From an uncultured Gammaproteobacteria bacterium (GTDB lineage: Bacteria > Patescibacteriota > Microgenomatia > CAZETR01 > Amesbacteraceae): a stretch of DNA of 64,000 bases. Each line of letters starts with the position of its first letter. Within the stretch, counting starts at the first letter, position 1. The position numbers and the translations under genes were made by a program. Positions 59,027 to 64,000 of the stretch are shown one piece after another. Below the pieces are notes generated by a model. The model did not search any database. It saw only the letters and a list, made by a program, of their open reading frames with translations, and was not told the DNA's origin. Where the stretch lies: the NCBI GenBank assembly GCA_964543035.1, contig CAZIVL010000001.1, positions 45,714-109,713 of the forward strand, read 5' to 3'.

Positions 59027-59827
59027 ATGAAAAAATATTTCACAATCTTCTCTCTCTCCTTTCAAAACGAATTTACATATCGCCTAAATTTTATTCTCTG
59101 GCGTCTTAGAAATGTCCTTCGCATTCTCATGGTTATCACTCTCTGGAACGTAGTTCTTGCGGGCAGAGGTCATGCTTTTGGTTACACTTCTGACCAACTG
59201 ATTGCTTATGTTTTTCTGGCCTCCGTAGTCCAGACATTAGTCATGGCCTCTCCTTCAAATGACAATATAGGTGGAGAGATATCAGGAGGAGATCTATCCA
59301 ACTATTTAGTTAAGCCCATCAGCTACATCAAATATTGGTTCACCAGAGACATGGCCAGCAAGCTTCTCAATATTATTTTTGCAGTTGCCGAGCTTACAAT
59401 TCTTCTTGCTTTATTCCGACCAGATATCACTTTCCCATTCACAGTGAATAACTTTTTTCTCGGTGTTCTTGCTTTGGGCTTAGCCATTACCTCTTATTTC
59501 TTTATCTCAAAAATGGCAGTATTCATCGCTTTTTGGATTCCCGAAAACACCTGGGGTTTTATGTTTATAGTTCTAGTATTTCTGGAGATGCTGTCAGGAG
59601 TCATCTTTCCTCTCGATGTTTTACCTACTGCGATTCGCTCAATAGTCGATCTCACCCCATTTCCATATCTCATTTATTATCCCATCGGTATTTATGTAGG
59701 CAAATTTACATCACCTCAAGTATTTTGGATCATATTAAAATCGATGATTTGGGTTGCCGCCGGCTTGTTCTTATCCAGTCGTATCTGGCGAAAGGGCTTA
59801 AAAGTTTATGCATCGGAGGGAAAGTAG
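59027..59827 (+). CDS. ABC-2 family permease (type A)
   Basis: TYRLNF, I.GG.LS.YLVKP, SG.IFPLD, PF.Y.IY.P. Confidence 0.9.
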   Translation: MKKYFTIFSLSFQNEFTYRLNFILWRLRNVLRILMVITLWNVVLAGRGHAFGYTSDQLIAYVFLASVVQTLVMASPSNDNIGGEISGGDLSNYLVKPISYIKYWFTRDMASKLLNIIFAVAELTILLALFRPDITFPFTVNNFFLGVLALGLAITSYFFISKMAVFIAFWIPENTWGFMFIVLVFLEMLSGVIFPLDVLPTAIRSIVDLTPFPYLIYYPIGIYVGKFTSPQVFWIILKSMIWVAAGLFLSSRIWRKGLKVYASEGK

Positions 59828-59828
59828 T

Positions 59829-60608
59829 ATGAGATATTTAAAAATTATCAATATATATTTTGTAAATTCACTTCAATCAATCATTGCAAATCCTATGGCA
59901 TTCTGGATATTTTTCATTAGTAAGTTTATTCGTTACGGATTATTTTTTATGTTTCTCTTTTTCCTGTCCTCATCTATTGGTTCTGTGGGTGGATATACCT
60001 CCACACAGATGCTTACTTTTTATCTAGTCTTCAGTTTGATAGACACCACCGGACAGATGTTTTACCGCGAGGTCTACCGATTTCGCCCATTAGTCCTCAA
60101 TGGGGGATTTGATGGTGTCTTGGCAAAGCCATTTCCTGTATTACTTAGAGTTCTGGTTGGGGGACCAGATTTTATAGATATGGGGATATTGGCTATCCTT
60201 GTTTTAGTTCTACTCTACATGTTGGCATTCGTCATTCATCCCACTGCTACCCATCTGTTTATCTTTATTTTGCTGTTTCTCAATTCGCTCATTATTTCTA
60301 CTGCTATTCACATCTTTGTCTTGGGTATCGGCATCATGACTTTATCCGTGGATCATCTCATCATGATTTACAGAGACCTATCAGCCTTACTTCGTATTCC
60401 CATCGATTTTTTCTCTGATTCTATGCGAGCTCTTTTCACTTTTGTTATCCCACTGGGCGTAATGTTTACATTTCCCGCCAAAGGACTCATGGGTCTTCTC
60501 TCGTGGCAAAACATCATTCTGTCAGTAACTATTTCAGTTGCAGTTCTTTATCTATCCCTTCGATTTTGGAAGTACTCCCTCAAGCATTACCAATCCGCCA
60601 GCAGCTAG
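59829..60608 (+). CDS. ABC-2 family permease (type B)
   Basis: G.FD.VL.KP, IP.DFF, KHYQSASS. Confidence 0.9.
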   Translation: MRYLKIINIYFVNSLQSIIANPMAFWIFFISKFIRYGLFFMFLFFLSSSIGSVGGYTSTQMLTFYLVFSLIDTTGQMFYREVYRFRPLVLNGGFDGVLAKPFPVLLRVLVGGPDFIDMGILAILVLVLLYMLAFVIHPTATHLFIFILLFLNSLIISTAIHIFVLGIGIMTLSVDHLIMIYRDLSALLRIPIDFFSDSMRALFTFVIPLGVMFTFPAKGLMGLLSWQNIILSVTISVAVLYLSLRFWKYSLKHYQSASS

Positions 60609-60802
60609 CGAGTATCCCCTTGAGATAGAGCATGTCCAAGTTTGTTCAAAGCTGTTTCAATGCCCTTCACCACACCCTCAGCTAAATAAAACGGTAGACG
60701 GATTAAAAAACATGCGACCTGAGCAGTAGCCCTCTCTTGTTCCATCGCTTCTCCCGCTCTTAGTGTAGCGTTTGTAACTTCCGGATCAAGTCGTTCACTC
60801 AT
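60605..60802 (-). CDS. Small hypothetical protein
   Basis: ORF with minus-strand TATAAT 7 nt upstream of the ATG. Confidence 0.45.
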   Translation of the reverse strand: MSERLDPEVTNATLRAGEAMEQERATAQVACFLIRLPFYLAEGVVKGIETALNKLGHALSQGDTR

Positions 60803-60823
60803 GCGAGAGATTATAATACCAAT

Positions 60824-61699
60824 ATGCAAAAAGTGCTCATAATCTGTGGTCCGACTGCGACCGGGAAGACGGCGTTTGGGATAGAGATGGCAAAGCGGTT
60901 AAATGGCGAGATTGTCTCCGCGGATTCTCGCCAGGTCTACGTAGGTCGTGACCTGATCACAGGCAAAGACTTACCTCACAACTCTCAACCCACTACCTCA
61001 AATCTGATTTGGAAAGACCATGAGCTCAAATATTATTTAGTTAACGGGACCCCAACATGGCTCTACGACGTAGTAGATCCGGGAGAGGATTTCAACGTCT
61101 CTTTTTGGAAAGAGTGTGCAGACATCGTGATTTCGGACATCGTGTCTCGAGGAAAGCTCCCAATCGTAGTTGGTGGCACCGGATTATTTATAAAATCTCT
61201 CACCCAGCCGCTAAACAATATCTCTATAAAATCAGACCCCGAGCTTCGAAAAAAACTTGAGTCCATGTCAGTTGGCGATCTCTTTGATTATTTACAGTCC
61301 CTAGACCGGAATCGGTCTATGGGACTCAACGAGTCCGATGCAAAAAACCCCCGAAGATTAATTCGGGCAATAGAAATTTCAAAATTCAAACCGTCAAATT
61401 CTACCCACAACTCACAACCCACTACCTATAACTATTTGCCCATCTGCCTCTCCGCTCCCACTGCATATCTGTTTCCTCGTATCGACAAGCGAGTAGAAGA
61501 CCGTATTGCCGCAGGTGCTGCTCTCGAAGACCCAGTTCTGGCGTCAGATCCTCAGAAGTGGAAATATCACGAGCACGATCTGGCCAGACGCCAAATTACC
61601 TGGTTCAAAAAGCAGCCCGATTTGCTCTCGTTTGACATCTCAACTCCTGATTGGCAAGAAAATGCAATATCATTAGTCACAACTTGGTATAATAAATAG
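60824..61699 (+). CDS. miaA: tRNA dimethylallyltransferase
   Basis: GPTATGKT, SADSRQVY, VVGGTGLFI, RRLIRAIEI, ARRQITWF. Confidence 0.95.
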   Translation: MQKVLIICGPTATGKTAFGIEMAKRLNGEIVSADSRQVYVGRDLITGKDLPHNSQPTTSNLIWKDHELKYYLVNGTPTWLYDVVDPGEDFNVSFWKECADIVISDIVSRGKLPIVVGGTGLFIKSLTQPLNNISIKSDPELRKKLESMSVGDLFDYLQSLDRNRSMGLNESDAKNPRRLIRAIEISKFKPSNSTHNSQPTTYNYLPICLSAPTAYLFPRIDKRVEDRIAAGAALEDPVLASDPQKWKYHEHDLARRQITWFKKQPDLLSFDISTPDWQENAISLVTTWYNK

Positions 61700-61701
61700 C
61701 G

Positions 61702-62697
61702 ATGCATAGAAGAGTAGAAATTTCTCATAAAACCATTGTATTTATCGCGGCTTTTTGCGCTTCCTTGTGGTTCTTGTTCCAGATTAGAGACATCTTGTTT
61801 CTTCTGTTCATATCTTTCATTCTTATGTCCGCTCTCAATCCGTTTGTAGATAGACTGGAAAAGCTTCGTGTCCCCAGAGCCGTAGGCATCGCTCTTCTTT
61901 ATATAGTTTTGTGGGGCTTTTTTGGCGGTCTCATAGCCGGTATCATTCCAGGATTTGTGGAGCAGACCAGTAGACTCGTAAGTCTTCTCCCAGAGACATT
62001 GTCCCAGATCGATTTTTTCAACAACAATCAGCAACAGTTTTCAGAGCAGATTATAACCAGGATTGGTGCCCTTCCCGAAAATGTCCTAAAAGTCATCGTA
62101 AGTCTATTTGGCAATATTTTAGGCGTCTTTACCACTCTAGTTGTGACCTTTTATCTGCTCCTTGAGCGCAAGCATTTGGACAAATACTTTGCCTTGTTAC
62201 TAGGAGAGGCCCATCACCCCAAAGCGACGAGAGTCGTCAATGAGATCGAAAAGAGATTAGGTGGCTGGGTCCGCGGCCAGTTGGTTCTCATGTTAATAGT
62301 CGGCATGCTTACCTACTCAGGCTTGATTGTTCTGGGGATAGATATTGCCATCCCGCTGGCGATTCTGGCCGGACTTTTGGAGATTATCCCCAACATTGGT
62401 CCCACCATTTCAGCCGTCCCCGCAGTTCTTATCGGTCTATCCATAAATCCTCTCATGGGAGCAGCCACTGCTGCCTTGTACTTCCTGGTTCAGTTCTTGG
62501 AAAACAATCTTTTGGTCCCCAACGTGATGAAAAAAGCCACCGGGGTAAACCCCATCGTCAGTATCATTTCTCTTATGATCGGCTTCAAGATGGCAGGCCC
62601 CCTGGGAGCCATCCTCTCCATCCCCACAGTTCTTATTATCCAGACCATTGGCCTGGAGTTTTTCTCCCTAAAGCACCTCGAAAACCTCTCTGAATAA
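61702..62697 (+). CDS. AI-2E family transporter
   Basis: L.P.VD.LE, GWVRGQ, IP.IGP, Q.LE.N.L.P, G.LGAILSIP. Confidence 0.93.
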   Translation: MHRRVEISHKTIVFIAAFCASLWFLFQIRDILFLLFISFILMSALNPFVDRLEKLRVPRAVGIALLYIVLWGFFGGLIAGIIPGFVEQTSRLVSLLPETLSQIDFFNNNQQQFSEQIITRIGALPENVLKVIVSLFGNILGVFTTLVVTFYLLLERKHLDKYFALLLGEAHHPKATRVVNEIEKRLGGWVRGQLVLMLIVGMLTYSGLIVLGIDIAIPLAILAGLLEIIPNIGPTISAVPAVLIGLSINPLMGAATAALYFLVQFLENNLLVPNVMKKATGVNPIVSIISLMIGFKMAGPLGAILSIPTVLIIQTIGLEFFSLKHLENLSE

Positions 62698-62720
62698 GCA
62701 GGCAGTGATAACATTAGTTA

Positions 62721-63173
62721 GTGATTGTAGAGATCGATCAAAGTGGTCGTTTGGAACATCTGGATACTGATACGGTAATAGCTTACTCGAATGGCAAATC
62801 CAGGGCAGTCTTAATAAAAGTCACAGAAAAGCGAAAAATAATTCAAATCCTCAAAAAATCAGTTGTCTCCAGGGATCAGCTCATGCCTTTATTATTTGCA
62901 GTTACAATCTACGCGTTGGTTAAAGATTTACCCACAAGTGTGGTATTGGAAATCGATGAAGAATATACCGGTAAAGAAAAAATTATCTCCAGCTCTTTAA
63001 CCAGATTGCTAGGTTCAAGATGGAATGGACAAATTAGATTTAGACGGATAGGCAAACAAAGCCCCGCCCACAAGTTAGCTTGGGGAGTCCATGAATCGCA
63101 GGTTAAGAAGAGAAAAATTCAGAAGCTTGATCATAAGCAAATTTTAGGTATATTTTTTGGGGAAAAACACTAA
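62721..63173 (+). CDS. Hypothetical RNase H-fold (DUF3800-like) protein
   Basis: N-terminal IVEIDQSG (compare hhDESG), internal EIDEEY. Confidence 0.55.
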   Translation: MIVEIDQSGRLEHLDTDTVIAYSNGKSRAVLIKVTEKRKIIQILKKSVVSRDQLMPLLFAVTIYALVKDLPTSVVLEIDEEYTGKEKIISSSLTRLLGSRWNGQIRFRRIGKQSPAHKLAWGVHESQVKKRKIQKLDHKQILGIFFGEKH

Positions 63174-63236
63174 AAAAGTCGGGACTTGGCACACCTCTCG
63201 CTTTTACGAGGGGGGTCCAAGGCTTCCCCGACTTTG
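63172..63236. ncRNA. Candidate structured ncRNA downstream of the DUF3800-like gene
   Basis: Three-segment stem-loop; minus-strand TATAAT at 63244-63249 and terminal T run. Confidence 0.45.
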
Positions 63237-63293
63237 TACGTTTATTATAGCAAACAGAGGCAATACCATGACCTGGAAGGGTATAATAGACCC

Positions 63294-63556
63294 GCCTGGA
63301 GATGGGCGACTACGCCGTCTTTTGACGGTGAGGAAAGTCCAGACAGCAGAAAGCAGGGTGTCCAGCATAAGCTGGAGCGGGTAACCGCCAGTTAGAGCAA
63401 CAGTGACGAACCGAGGTAAAGCTCGGGTGAAACGGGCAATCCTCCCCGCTGCAATCTCCGAATTGGCCGTTTGAGGTAGCTTTCCCAAGGCCTAAAGCAT
63501 GAGAGCATCAGAAAGATTGTCGCTGACAACAGAATCTGGCTTACTATTCTCCAGGC
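63294..63556 (+). ncRNA. rnpB: RNase P RNA
   Basis: GAGGAAAGTCC and AACAGAATCTGGCTTA (P4); P1 GCCTGGAGA/TCTCCAGGC; TATAAT at 63282-63287. Confidence 0.95.
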
Positions 63557-63590
63557 AAAATATAAATTTTTAGGGGTGTATAATAAATTT

Positions 63591-63752
63591 ATGCTCACAA
63601 ACATTTTGTCAGACGCTTCCGCCTTTAGAGGCCTGGTTTCTCTCATCTTTGGCGTTTTGATCCTCATGTTCCCCAAGATCCTGAATTATCTCATCGCCTT
63701 TTATTTCATCATCACCGGTCTGTCCCTGGTTGGTCCACTCCTATTTAGATAA
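63591..63752 (+). CDS. DUF3096-like small membrane protein
   Basis: SLIFGVLILMFPKILNYLIAFYFII.G (not in the ORF track). Confidence 0.8.
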   Translation: MLTNILSDASAFRGLVSLIFGVLILMFPKILNYLIAFYFIITGLSLVGPLLFR

Positions 63753-64000
63753 TGCCCTTCTTGCTGGATCCCACCGGCCCCGACTTCAGAAGCAGACCCA
63801 TTTTATTTATCGACCTCGAGGTTACAGGGCTTGATCGGCACAGACACGAAATCATCGAGATCGCAGCTCTCCGAGTCGACCAACCCACATTTGAGGTTAC
63901 CAATTCTTTTTATACAAAAGTAATTCCTTCGCACATCGAGACGGCCGATCCCAAGGCTCTCCAGATAAACAACTATTCCAAAGATGCCTGGACAGATGCC
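63752..64000 (+). CDS. DEDDh 3'-5' exonuclease (partial)
   Basis: FIDLEVTGLD...HEIIEIA. Confidence 0.85.
   Translation, partial: MPFLLDPTGPDFRSRPILFIDLEVTGLDRHRHEIIEIAALRVDQPTFEVTNSFYTKVIPSHIETADPKALQINNYSKDAWTDA

Noticed and set aside
63157-63676. ORFs 63157-63384, 63186-63395, 63204-63488 and 63392-63676
   Set aside because: They overlap RNase P RNA and the hairpin; spurious.

Overview
64-kb core-genome segment of a Patescibacteria (CPR) bacterium, most likely Microgenomates. The taxonomy is inferred from the shortened IF2 and AlaRS, protease-less Lon, baseplate-J-like protein next to a sortase, and scarce Shine-Dalgarno motifs. The genetic code is standard code 11 (TGA is used as stop). 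The minus strand at 1-7.2 kb carries fusA, three inserted genes, then tuf-rpsJ-rplC-rplD-rplW-rplB. The plus strand carries dnaJ, nusA-infB, rpsO-pnp, a Lon-like AAA+ ATPase, UDG, rnj, ftsK, alaS, sortase, ruvX, mltG, rpoB-rpoC-rpsL-rpsG-rpsD-rpoA-rplQ-rplM-rpsI, recA-recX-rny, hup, a six-permease ABC-2 cluster, miaA and RNase P RNA. There are also a tRNA-Pro(GGG) and two type II toxin-antitoxin pairs. Gene annotation leaves four main things unexplained. (1) A dispersed, co-oriented, covarying palindromic REP-like repeat family (GTCATCCTGA..GAAGGATCC, 11 near-complete copies) is densest around a small GIY-YIG nuclease gene, suggesting a nuclease-repeat system. (2) Degenerate 7-9 bp tandem repeats sit in-frame inside unrelated housekeeping genes and encode near-identical peptides. 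(3) A DUF3800-like nuclease gene is followed by a structured candidate ncRNA. (4) The str/S10/alpha superoperon is rearranged, and several candidate leader attenuators are present. All calls are by eye; no database searches were run.
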